In this document: positions 36,874 through 46,153 of the stretch, in pieces
Layout: each line of letters begins with the position of its first letter
Position numbering within the stretch: position 1 is the stretch's first letter
Assembly: GCA_964291285.2 (NCBI GenBank)
Contig: OZ219787.1
Coordinates: forward strand, 1,184,001 to 1,248,000
Direction: 5' to 3'
Source of the DNA: Alphaproteobacteria bacterium
Lineage (GTDB): Bacteria > Pseudomonadota > Alphaproteobacteria > Bin95
DNA: 64,000 bases
Program-made: the position numbers and the translations under genes
The notes under the pieces: model-generated
What the model was told of the DNA's origin: nothing
What the model saw: the letters and a program-made list of their open reading frames with translations, nothing else
Database searches by the model: none

Positions 36874-39035
36874 CCCGCCGCCGCGAGTTCGCGCCGGCGC
36901 GCCTCGCTCATCGACCACGGCAGCCAGGGCGAGAGGTCTTCCGGCGGCTCGCCGCCGTTCTCCGCGCACGCGGTCAGCCATTCACCGAGCCAGCGCCGGA
37001 CGTCGATGCCGTTGATCGCCAGCGTGCCGGCCACCGAGTACATCGTTGCCGTGAACCCGGCGCCTTTCTCGCTGTCGGAGCCGAACGAGAGCCGTCGCCC
37101 GATGACCGCGAAGCGCAGGGAGAGTTCGCCGCGGTTGTTGTCCATGGGCACGAACGGCTTGTCGACGAAGACGCACAGCCCCTCGCGGTGCTTGAGGAGC
37201 GAGCGCAGCGGCCTGGCCCTGCGCGCCCTGTCCGTCAGCCCGGCCAGTTCCGCTTCGGCGGCCGCGAACAGCTCGTCGACCGCCTTCTTCAGCCTGGCGT
37301 GCGCGACGTCGAACGCCGGCGTCTGGCGTTCGAGAGGGTGAGCGGGGTCGTAATGCTCCAGCCGCGCCTCGTTGAGCCGGTAGATCTCCGCGATCCGCTC
37401 GATCCATCTCTGGCACCAGCGCCTGAGCCGCACCCGCCCGGCCGCGCCGTCGATGAACGAGCGCCTTTGGTGCGCCCAGCACCATTGCAGGATCACCTTG
37501 CCGGCGAGTTCGCGGGCCAGCTTTCTGTAGGCGCTGAACCGGTCGCAGACCAGAACCACGATGCCCTGTGTCGAACCGAACAGCTTCATCGCGACCTCGG
37601 CGCTGCGCGAGGGATCGATGTGGTAATAGACCGCGTCCGGGCTCACCGAGGTCCACAGCCAGGCGCGGCTCGACCGGCCTTTCTCGCGCCAGGCCTGAAC
37701 GCGCCAGGATGTTTCGTCGGCATGGCGCAGGGCCGCGGTGTTCTGGTGCGCAAGGATCGCCTCGGCCAGCGGCTCGAACAGCGGCACGAAGCGCTTGATG
37801 CTGTCGGCCAGGGTGCCCGGCGAGATCGTCAGCCCCATGTCGGCCAGCCAGGCCGCGACCCGATGCAGCGGCCGGCAGCAGACGAACCGTTCGTAGAGCA
37901 TGCACGTCCAGACGCTGATCCCGTAAGGCGTGGTCTCGAACAGTCGCACCGCCGGCGGCGCGGTCACCTCCCGCGGCGCGGAGGCGCAGTCGCAAGCCCG
38001 GCGCCAGCGCGACCGGACGATGGTGCGCTCGCAGGCCTCGACATCGATCTCGAAGAGGGTGGTGCGCCGCTCGCCGTTGGCGACATAGGGCTTGCCGCAA
38101 CGCGGGCAGATCCGCGCATCTTCCGGCGGGTCGCGCGTCTCCTTCTTCTTCCTGAGCCCGGGGCGCCGGGTGCGGCCGTGCCCGGCGGTGCCGCGCTGCT
38201 GGCCGCGCTCGCGCCCGGTGCCCGGCTTCTTCTGCCGCTCGCTCCTGCTGCCGTAGAGCGCCTTCGACAGGACGCTGCGGGTCGAGCGCAGCTTGTCGAG
38301 GTCGCCTTCCAGCTTCTCGACCCGCGCGGCCAGCGCGGCATTCTCGCCCTTCAGATCCCGCACCTCGGCGCGCAGCCCGGCATTCTTCTCCCGCAGCGAC
38401 CCGATCAGCTCCGTGGCCCGCACGACCGCCGCCCGCAGCCGGTCGTTGCGCGCGCGCAGCCACGCGATCGTGCCCTCCCCGGCCTTCACCAGCCGCCTGG
38501 CCGCGGCGAGATGCCGGTCGAACCGCCTGCGCAGAGATTCGGCCACGCGCTCGCCCTCGCGGTGTACCTTCGCGAGCCGCGAGCGCTCCCGGTCGATGTC
38601 CTGCTTCAACCAGTTGATCTCGTCCCGGTGGCGCGCCTCGACCCGCTCCCGGTGCTCGTGAGACCGGCGCAACGAGAGGTAAAGACCGGCGATCTCGTCG
38701 TCCTGATACTCGACCCTGCGCTCCAACGCCTTCATGGCCCGCGACGCGGTCCTGGTTACGGCCAACTTGAGCTTGAACCGGCAAGTCTCAAGCTGCCTCT
38801 CCAGAGAACGCACGCGCGTACAGGCGTCCCTCTCCGACCAGCGCAGTTCCTCGCGGCGCAACTCCGCCACGCGTGCGCGACCCCGTTCCTCCTCGATCCG
38901 CGCCTCTGCCTCTTCAAGCACAGACGCCCAGTCGAGCGGCTCGCACGCCGGCATCACCATGGGAGGCGACCACAAGGTGTCGCCCCCCTCGGCCAGCGTC
39001 AGGTCGGTGCAGAAATCCGCGTCGAAAACCGCCAT
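36870..39035 (-). CDS. IS66-family DDE transposase with a long N-terminal coiled coil
   Basis: LYGSRSER, Zn finger CPRC...CDC, HADETSW, AWLW, VCDRFSAY, CWAHQRR, DNNRGE. Confidence 0.92.
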   Translation of the reverse strand: MAVFDADFCTDLTLAEGGDTLWSPPMVMPACEPLDWASVLEEAEARIEEERGRARVAELRREELRWSERDACTRVRSLERQLETCRFKLKLAVTRTASRAMKALERRVEYQDDEIAGLYLSLRRSHEHRERVEARHRDEINWLKQDIDRERSRLAKVHREGERVAESLRRRFDRHLAAARRLVKAGEGTIAWLRARNDRLRAAVVRATELIGSLREKNAGLRAEVRDLKGENAALAARVEKLEGDLDKLRSTRSVLSKALYGSRSERQKKPGTGRERGQQRGTAGHGRTRRPGLRKKKETRDPPEDARICPRCGKPYVANGERRTTLFEIDVEACERTIVRSRWRRACDCASAPREVTAPPAVRLFETTPYGISVWTCMLYERFVCCRPLHRVAAWLADMGLTISPGTLADSIKRFVPLFEPLAEAILAHQNTAALRHADETSWRVQAWREKGRSSRAWLWTSVSPDAVYYHIDPSRSAEVAMKLFGSTQGIVVLVCDRFSAYRKLARELAGKVILQWCWAHQRRSFIDGAAGRVRLRRWCQRWIERIAEIYRLNEARLEHYDPAHPLERQTPAFDVAHARLKKAVDELFAAAEAELAGLTDRARRARPLRSLLKHREGLCVFVDKPFVPMDNNRGELSLRFAVIGRRLSFGSDSEKGAGFTATMYSVAGTLAINGIDVRRWLGEWLTACAENGGEPPEDLSPWLPWSMSEARRRELAAAG

Positions 39036-39083
39036 GCGCGAGACCGTAGCGCATGCGCGAAGTAGTTACCAGTCAGAAAATCC

Positions 39084-40700
39084 GTGGAGGCATACGATCC
39101 CCCGGAACCCGAACGGATACTGAAAGATATCCTGAAGTTCCAGCAGATGGTTCGCGACGGCGTAATGGGCCGCCGCGACTTCCTCGCCGCCCTGGGCGCA
39201 CTCGGCGTTACCAGCGCCGCCGCGACGGGCTTCCTGCACTCGTCAAGCGCGCTCGCGGCAACGCCGCGCAAGGGCGGGACGGTGCGCTATGCAAACAACC
39301 TCCACGGGCCCGACGACCAGATGGACCCGATCGTCTTCACGTCGGGCATCGACTACACGCGCGGCAGGGCGACCTATAACGGCCTCGTCCAGATGCGCGA
39401 CAACATGGCGCTCGCGCCCGAACTGGCCGAAGAATGGTCGGCCAACAGCGACGCTACCGAATACACCTTCAAGATCCGCAAGGGGGTGGAGTTCCACGAC
39501 GGCTCGCCGCTGACCGCCGAGGATATCGTCTGGAGCATGAACCGCCATCTCGGCGAGGACTCCCCCTCGGTCGCCAAGGCGCTCTTCCAGTCGGTGCAGG
39601 AGTGGAAGAAGGTGGACGGACACACCGTCAGGGCCATCCTGAAAACGCCGGATTCCGACCTTCCCGCGAAGCTCACCGAGAAGCAGGCGAAGATCGCCAA
39701 GATGGGCACCGAGGACTTCAAGAAGGGCAACGGCACCGGTCCGTTTATCCTCGAGTCCTTCGAGGCCGGCGTGCGGTCCACCCATGTGCGCAACCCGAAC
39801 TACTGGAGGGACGGCGCGAATTTCGAGGCGCTGGAGATCACCGCCATCACCGACCCGCTTGCGCGGGCCAACGCGCTGATCGCCGGCGACGTGGAACTCA
39901 TCAACCAGGTCGACTCCAAGAGCATCCCCCGCGTCGAGGAGGCGGACGGCGTGCGCGTCATTTCGACACCGACCAGCGCCTATACCGGCATCTGCATCCT
40001 GAAGAACACGGCGCCCGGCGAGAACGACGATTTCGTCAAGGGCATGCAGTACATTCAGGATCGCGAGCGCATCGTGCGCTCGATCCTCAAGGGGCACGGG
40101 ACGATCGGCAACGACCACCCGGTCGGGCCGGCCTTCGGTCCGGACCATTGCGCTGAGCTGGCGCAACGCGCGTTCGACCCGGACAAGGCCAAGTTCCACC
40201 TTGAGAAGTCCGGCGTCACCTCCGCCGAACTCCATGTCGCGCCGGTTCGCCTCGGCATCGTGGAAATCTGCCTCCTGATGCAAGCCAATCTCAAGAAGAT
40301 CGGCTTCGACCTCAGGATCAAGAAGGTGCCGACGGACGGCTACTGGGGCGCGGTGTGGATGAAGGAGCCGATGAACGTCGTGTCGTGGAACATGCGCCCC
40401 ACGGCGAATGCGCAGATGGCCATCCAGTTCGCCCCGGGCGCGGCCTGGAACGACACCTTCTGGAACAACGAGCGGATGGGAGAGTTGCTGACGGCCCAAC
40501 TCGCCGAGACCGACCCGGCCAAGCGCCACGGCATGCTCTGCGAGATGCAGACCCTCATCCACAATGGCAGCGGCATGGTAATCCCCTGCCATGTGAACGA
40601 GGTGGACGGCGCCAGCAACAAGGTCCAGGGCATACCGAACGTGCCGTTCGGCTCGCTCGGCGCCTATGAGTGGGTCGAGTTCGCATGGATGGACGCGTGA
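39084..40700 (+). CDS. Family-5 ABC substrate-binding protein with a Tat signal; native start removed by the IS
   Basis: GRRDFL Tat motif, ELAEEW, FKIRKGVEFHDG, GTGPF. The in-frame GTG at 39084 lies inside the IS end; internal ATGs (e.g. 39147) are possible starts. Confidence 0.88.
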   Translation: MEAYDPPEPERILKDILKFQQMVRDGVMGRRDFLAALGALGVTSAAATGFLHSSSALAATPRKGGTVRYANNLHGPDDQMDPIVFTSGIDYTRGRATYNGLVQMRDNMALAPELAEEWSANSDATEYTFKIRKGVEFHDGSPLTAEDIVWSMNRHLGEDSPSVAKALFQSVQEWKKVDGHTVRAILKTPDSDLPAKLTEKQAKIAKMGTEDFKKGNGTGPFILESFEAGVRSTHVRNPNYWRDGANFEALEITAITDPLARANALIAGDVELINQVDSKSIPRVEEADGVRVISTPTSAYTGICILKNTAPGENDDFVKGMQYIQDRERIVRSILKGHGTIGNDHPVGPAFGPDHCAELAQRAFDPDKAKFHLEKSGVTSAELHVAPVRLGIVEICLLMQANLKKIGFDLRIKKVPTDGYWGAVWMKEPMNVVSWNMRPTANAQMAIQFAPGAAWNDTFWNNERMGELLTAQLAETDPAKRHGMLCEMQTLIHNGSGMVIPCHVNEVDGASNKVQGIPNVPFGSLGAYEWVEFAWMDA

Positions 40701-40730
40701 GTCCGGCTGTGCCGTCGTCCGGATGATACG

Positions 40731-40761
40731 GGCCCGCGCGGTCTCGGCCGCGCGGGCCTTT
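40731..40761 (+). terminator. GC-rich stem-loop after the SBP gene (terminator or mRNA stabiliser)
   Basis: GGCCCGCGCGG-TCTCGG-CCGCGCGGGCC followed by TTT. Confidence 0.5.
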
Positions 40762-40819
40762 CCTTCCGACAGCCGCCGTCCGGCCGACGCATGGCGACCC
40801 GTTCCGGATCGTCCCCAGA

Positions 40820-41791
40820 ATGGCACTGCTGAACGCGATACTGCGCCGGACCGGGCTCGGCATCGCGACATTGTTCGTTGTGTCGGTGCTGATCTTCATC
40901 GGCACCAGCATCCTGCCGGGCGATGTCGCCAACATCATCCTCGGCCAGATGGCGACGCCGGAATCCCTGGCGGCGCTCCGGGCCAAGCTCGGCCTGGATG
41001 AGCCGGCGCATGTCCGGTACTTCATCTGGCTGAGCGACCTGCTGACCGGAGACCTCGGTTTTTCGAAGGCCGGCGCCGGCGCCGGGACCATCGGCACCCC
41101 GATCTCCGACATGCTGATGCCGCGCCTGGTCAACACGCTGCGCCTGGCCACCGCCGTTGCTGTGGTCGCTGTCCCGTTCGCGGTGACGATAGGCCTGCTG
41201 GCCGCCATGTACCCCGGCACGAAGCTCGACCGCGCGGTCACCTTCACCACGCTCGGGCTTATCTCCGTGCCGGAATTCCTCGTCGCCACCCTGCTGGTGC
41301 TGGTGGTGGCGGTCCAGCTTGGCTGGCTACCCGCCACCGCCTATATCAGCGGGCAGGAGACCGGGATGAAGCTGGTCCGGGCGCTGGCGATGCCGGCGCT
41401 CACCCTGATTATCGTGGCGTCCTCGCAGATCATGCGCATGACGCGGGCCACGGTGCTCAACGTCATGAGTTCCCCCTATATCGAGATGGCGATCCTGAAG
41501 GGGGTCCCGCGCAAGCGGATCATCCTGCGCCATGCGCTGTTCAACGCCATCGGGCCCATCGCCAATGTCATTGCGCTCAACCTCGCCTATCTCGTGAGCG
41601 GGGTGGTCATCGTCGAGACGGTCTTCGCCTATCCGGGGCTGGCGAAGCTCATGATCGACGCCGTGCAGACGCGGGACCTGCCGCTGGTGCAGGCCTGCGC
41701 CATGATCTTCTGTGCGACCTACATCGTGCTGATCTTCATCGCGGACATGGTGTCGATCCTGTCCAATCCCCGCCTGCGGCACCCGAGATAG
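40820..41791 (+). CDS. ABC permease (DppB-like)
   Basis: ILPGDVA, GLD, SVPEF, YIEMAILKG, VETVFAYPGL, NPRLR. Confidence 0.92.
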   Translation: MALLNAILRRTGLGIATLFVVSVLIFIGTSILPGDVANIILGQMATPESLAALRAKLGLDEPAHVRYFIWLSDLLTGDLGFSKAGAGAGTIGTPISDMLMPRLVNTLRLATAVAVVAVPFAVTIGLLAAMYPGTKLDRAVTFTTLGLISVPEFLVATLLVLVVAVQLGWLPATAYISGQETGMKLVRALAMPALTLIIVASSQIMRMTRATVLNVMSSPYIEMAILKGVPRKRIILRHALFNAIGPIANVIALNLAYLVSGVVIVETVFAYPGLAKLMIDAVQTRDLPLVQACAMIFCATYIVLIFIADMVSILSNPRLRHPR

Positions 41792-41801
41792 AGGCAGTTA
41801 T

Positions 41802-42737
41802 ATGGCTGACAGCGTCGACAAGACCGGAACCGGGGCCACCTTCGAGGAGCTGCCCGACGCGCCGCCGCGGCGGCGGCTCCGGCTCTCCTGGAGCGGTAAG
41901 CTCGGGGTCTGCGTCGTCGCCTTCTGGATGGCCATCGTCTTCATCGGGCCGTCGATCTCGCCCTATCACGAGGCCGATATCCTGGACGAGGCGCTGTTCA
42001 TCGTGCCGGGCAGCGACAATCCCTATCCCGAGACGGACTACCAGCCGCCAAGTTCGGTCGCGTGGCTCGGCACCGACTATCTCGGCCGCGACACTCTCTC
42101 CCGAACGCTGTACGGCGCGCGCACGACCATCGGCATCTCGCTTGCTTCGACCTTGCTCGCCTATCTCGTGGGCGTCACGCTCGGCATCGCGGCGGCAGTG
42201 GGCGGAACCGTCATGGATTCCGCGCTCAGCCGGTTCAACGACGCCATATTGTCGATCCCGAGCATCATGCTGGCGCTGGTGGTGATCGCCGCCATAGGCA
42301 GCACCATCCCCATACTGATCGTGCTGACCGGGCTCATATACGCTTCCACCGTGTTCCGGATAGCGCGGTCGCTCGGGCTGGACGTGAAGGTCAGCGACTT
42401 CGTCGAGGCGGCGCGGGTGCGCGGCGAGGGCCTGTGGTGGATCGTCACCCGCGAAATCCTGCCCAATGTCGCCATGCCGATGGCGACCGATTTCGGGCTG
42501 CGCTTCGTCTATGTCATCCTCTTCATCTCGAGCCTGAGCTTCCTCGGCCTCGGCGTGCAGCCGCCCCAGTCCGACTGGGGCAGCATGGTTCGGGAGAGCC
42601 TCTCCGGACTTCCCTACGGCTCCATCGCGCCGCTGGTGCCGGCGCTCGCGATCGCCACCCTCACAATCGCCATCAACCTCATTGTGGACGATGTCTCCGC
42701 GCATGCCGGCGGGCGGCTGGCGAAGAGGATGATCTGA
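41802..42737 (+). CDS. ABC permease (DppC-like)
   Basis: WLGTDYLGRD, FVEAARVRGE, LSFLGLGVQPP.DWG. Confidence 0.92.
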   Translation: MADSVDKTGTGATFEELPDAPPRRRLRLSWSGKLGVCVVAFWMAIVFIGPSISPYHEADILDEALFIVPGSDNPYPETDYQPPSSVAWLGTDYLGRDTLSRTLYGARTTIGISLASTLLAYLVGVTLGIAAAVGGTVMDSALSRFNDAILSIPSIMLALVVIAAIGSTIPILIVLTGLIYASTVFRIARSLGLDVKVSDFVEAARVRGEGLWWIVTREILPNVAMPMATDFGLRFVYVILFISSLSFLGLGVQPPQSDWGSMVRESLSGLPYGSIAPLVPALAIATLTIAINLIVDDVSAHAGGRLAKRMI

Positions 42738-44566
42738 TGGCGGCACTTCTTGAAGTCGACGGCCTGACGATCGACGCGCGCAAGGATGACGGCAGCCTCG
42801 CGCCCATCGTCAAGGGCGTGAGCTTCGGCATCGAGCGGGGCGAGGTGGTGGCGCTCATCGGCGAGTCCGGCTCGGGCAAGACCACCATCGCCCTCTCGGC
42901 GCTCGGATACTCGAAGCCCGGCCTGGAGTTCACCGGCGGCGAGGTCCGCCTGGACGGCCGCGACGTGGTCACCATGCCGCCGGACGAGAAGCGCGACATG
43001 CGCGGCCAGCGCGTCGCCTATCTCGCCCAGAGCGCGGCCGCCACCTTCAACCCGGCGCTCACCATCGGCGAGCAGGTGACCGAGTCCTCCGTCCTCCACG
43101 GGCAGATGACCCGCGAGGAGGCGGAGGAGCGGGCCGAGGAGCTTTACAGGGCGCTGGAGCTGCCGGACCCGGACCGTCTCGGCAGGCGCTATCCCCACCA
43201 GGTGTCAGGCGGGCAGTTGCAGCGGCTCATGGCGGCCATGGCGCTCTGCGGCAGGCCGGACCTGCTGATTCTGGACGAACCGACCACCGCCCTCGATGTC
43301 ACGACCCAGATCGAGGTGCTCAAGGCGTTCAAGTCCGTCATCAAGCGCGAAGGGGCGGCGGCACTCTACGTCACCCACGACCTCTCCGTCGTCGCCCAGA
43401 TCGCGGACCGCATCGTCGTCCTCTACGCGGGCGACATACTGGAGCACGGGGACGCCGACCAGGTCATCAACCGGCCGGCGCACGACTATACGCGCCGGCT
43501 GATGGCGGCCGTGCGCCCGCCTCCGGCCGCAGGCCAGGGCGACGAGGCGCTGGCCGAGCATTTGCGGGACAGTCCCGCCATCGAGGTGAAGGGCATCAAT
43601 GCGGGCTACGGCCGGCGCATGGACGGCTCCGTGACCGTCAAAGTGCTGCGCGATGTCAACCTGACCGTGCAGCGGGGCCACACGGTCGGCATCATCGGCG
43701 AGTCGGGCTGCGGCAAGTCCACCCTCGCCCGGGTCATGTCCGGCCTGCTGCCCGCCGTCGAGGGCGAGATATTGCTGGACGGCGAGCCGCTCCGGCCGGG
43801 CCTCCAGCAGCGGGCGCGCAGCGAACTTCAGAAAATCCAGTTCGTGTTCCAGATGGCCGATGTCGCGCTCAATCCGCGCCAGAGGATCGGCAGCATTCTC
43901 GGACGCCCGCTGGAGTTCTATTTCGGCCTCCGCGGGAAGGAGAGGCGCCAGCGCATCAGCGAGCTGCTGCAGATGGTGGAATTGCCGGTGGAATTCGCCG
44001 GGCGCTATCCCGAGGAGCTTTCCGGCGGACAGAAGCAGCGGGTCAACCTCGCCCGCGCGCTGGCGGCGTCGCCCGAAGTGCTGCTCTGCGACGAGGTGAT
44101 TTCCGCGCTCGACACCATCGTCGGGGCGAATGTCATCGAGCTCCTCAAGCGGCTCAGGCGGCAGAGCGGCGTGTCCTTCGTGTTCATCAGCCACGACCTT
44201 TCCACCGTCGCGTCCTTCGCCGACGACATCGTCGTGCTCTATGCCGGGCGGGTGGTGGAGCAGGGGCCGACCGACCGCGTGCTCTCGCCCCCTTACCACC
44301 CCTATACCCGCCTGCTGATCGCCTCGGTCCCTGAGCTTCGCATCGGCTGGCTGGAAGAGACGATGGAGAGCCAGGAGGCGCAGGCGGGCATCGACCGCGT
44401 CGTCACGATGACGGATACAGGCTGCCCCTTCTTCGACCGCTGCCCGATCGCCATCGAGGGCACCTGCGACCGTGAAACGCCGCCCGTCCGCCGTCTTGGC
44501 AGCCGACACGCCATCGAATGCCACCGCACGGAGGCGGAATTCGTGGAGGGGATGCCGGCGGGCTGA
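42737..44566 (+). CDS. Fused double-ATPase ABC subunit (DppD/F-like)
   Basis: GESGSGKT and [12 protein letters not shown] signatures, C-terminal GCPF...C...C...CH. Confidence 0.92.
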   Translation: MAALLEVDGLTIDARKDDGSLAPIVKGVSFGIERGEVVALIGESGSGKTTIALSALGYSKPGLEFTGGEVRLDGRDVVTMPPDEKRDMRGQRVAYLAQSAAATFNPALTIGEQVTESSVLHGQMTREEAEERAEELYRALELPDPDRLGRRYPHQVSGGQLQRLMAAMALCGRPDLLILDEPTTALDVTTQIEVLKAFKSVIKREGAAALYVTHDLSVVAQIADRIVVLYAGDILEHGDADQVINRPAHDYTRRLMAAVRPPPAAGQGDEALAEHLRDSPAIEVKGINAGYGRRMDGSVTVKVLRDVNLTVQRGHTVGIIGESGCGKSTLARVMSGLLPAVEGEILLDGEPLRPGLQQRARSELQKIQFVFQMADVALNPRQRIGSILGRPLEFYFGLRGKERRQRISELLQMVELPVEFAGRYPEELSGGQKQRVNLARALAASPEVLLCDEVISALDTIVGANVIELLKRLRRQSGVSFVFISHDLSTVASFADDIVVLYAGRVVEQGPTDRVLSPPYHPYTRLLIASVPELRIGWLEETMESQEAQAGIDRVVTMTDTGCPFFDRCPIAIEGTCDRETPPVRRLGSRHAIECHRTEAEFVEGMPAG

Positions 44567-44581
44567 CCGTTCCGCCCGGCC

Positions 44582-46144
44582 TTAATCCTCTGTTGCAGCC
44601 CTTCGAGAAGCCAGAAAGCGCTTCACTTCCGCTGGCCTGACTGCGCCGAGGCCGAGCGCCGCAAGCGTGAACACGACGAAGCCGCCGATGCAGAGCGCCG
44701 CGAGCGCCCCGATGCGCAGGGACTCGCCGCCCGCGAGCCACGGACCCAGCGCTTCGAGCCCGCCGAGAAGCGCCGCCGCCATGACGATGGACGCGCCTGC
44801 TGCGCGCGGCAGGCGGGAAAGAAGACGTCGGTCCGCTTCGCAATGGCCGCAGCGGCGCAGCATCGCCCACAGGAGGCCCGCATTCGCCCAGGCGGCGGCG
44901 CTCGTCGCCGCGGCGATGCCGACATGGCCGATGGTGCGGTAGAGCGCCAGGCTGAGGCCGGTGTTGAGCACCACGACGACAACCGTGATCCGGAACGGGG
45001 TACGCATGTCCCCGCGGGCGAAGAATCCCGGCTGCAGAACCCGCACCAGCACGAAGGCGGGCAGGCCGGCCGCGAAGGCGGCGATGGCGGCCGCGGTCGC
45101 CTCCGTGTCCGCCGCCGTGAACGCGCCGCGCTCGAACAGCACGCCGGCGACCGCCCCGGGCATGGCGATGAGCGCGGCGGCGGCCGGCAGCGCCAGCAGC
45201 ATCGCCACCTCGACCGCCCGGTTCATCTCGTCGGCGGCCCCCGCGCTGTCGCCGGCCTCGAGCGTGCGGGTGAGGCGCGGCAGCAGCGCCGTGCCGAGCG
45301 CAATGCCGACCACGCCGAGCGGCAGCTGGTAGATGCGGTCGGCATAGTGCAGCCAGGCGACGGCCCCGGTCGGCAGCAGCGAGGCGATCATCGTGCCGAT
45401 CAGCAGGTTGATCTGGAGCGCGCCGGCGGACAGCGTGCCCGGAACCAGCTGGCGCAGCAGCCGGCGGACATCGCGCGTGAGCCGGGGTGCGCGCAGCCGG
45501 AGCCTGAGCCGCGCCCGGCGCATGTCCCAGAGGATCAGCGCCAGCTGCCCGAAGCCTGCAAGGCAGACGCCGATGGCGAGCGCCAGCCCCGGCGCGCCGG
45601 TCCAGAACGCCGACACGGCGAGCGCGCCGATCAGCACGACATTCAGCAGGATCGGCGCGGCCGACGGCACGGCGAAGCGGTAGAAGCTGTTCAGTATGCC
45701 GGCGAAGAAGGCCAGCAGCGCCATGCAGAGCAGGTAGGGGAAGGTCAACCGCGAGAACAGCACGGCGGGTCCGAACCGTTCCGGCTGGTCGAGGAAGCCC
45801 GGCGCCAGCACCGCGACCAGGATCGGCATGAAGGCTTCGGCGAGCGCGGTGAACACGAGCAGCGCCGCGAACAGTGCCGCCAGCACCTCCTCGCCGAAAG
45901 CGAGCGCCGCCTTGCGCCCGTCCTGCTGGAGCCGGCCGGAGAACATCGGCACGAAGGCCGCGGCGAAGGCGCCCTCGGCGAACAGGCGGCGGAACAGGTT
46001 GGGCAGGCGGAAGGCGACCAGGAAGGCATCCGCTATGGGGCCGGCGCCGAGCAGGGCGGCGAAGGCGAGGTCGCGCACGAAGCCCAGCACCCGGCTTGCC
46101 ATCGTGTAGCCGCCGACGGTCGCGGCGGCGCGCAGGAGCGCCAT
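44582..46144 (-). CDS. murJ: Lipid II flippase MurJ
   Basis: SRVLGFVRD, AFRLPNLFRRLFAEGAF, YADRIYQLP. Confidence 0.95.
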   Translation of the reverse strand: MALLRAAATVGGYTMASRVLGFVRDLAFAALLGAGPIADAFLVAFRLPNLFRRLFAEGAFAAAFVPMFSGRLQQDGRKAALAFGEEVLAALFAALLVFTALAEAFMPILVAVLAPGFLDQPERFGPAVLFSRLTFPYLLCMALLAFFAGILNSFYRFAVPSAAPILLNVVLIGALAVSAFWTGAPGLALAIGVCLAGFGQLALILWDMRRARLRLRLRAPRLTRDVRRLLRQLVPGTLSAGALQINLLIGTMIASLLPTGAVAWLHYADRIYQLPLGVVGIALGTALLPRLTRTLEAGDSAGAADEMNRAVEVAMLLALPAAAALIAMPGAVAGVLFERGAFTAADTEATAAAIAAFAAGLPAFVLVRVLQPGFFARGDMRTPFRITVVVVVLNTGLSLALYRTIGHVGIAAATSAAAWANAGLLWAMLRRCGHCEADRRLLSRLPRAAGASIVMAAALLGGLEALGPWLAGGESLRIGALAALCIGGFVVFTLAALGLGAVRPAEVKRFLASRRAATED

Positions 46145-46153
46145 CGCCAGCCC

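Larger units (their letters stand above)
35913..39120 (-). mobile_element. IS66-family element with a DUF4338 passenger (3208 bp)
   Basis: Perfect 24-bp IRs GTATCCGTTCGGGTTCCGGGGGAT (35913-35936; 39097-39120) and 8-bp TSD TGAAAGAT (35905-35912; 39121-39128). Confidence 0.96.
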
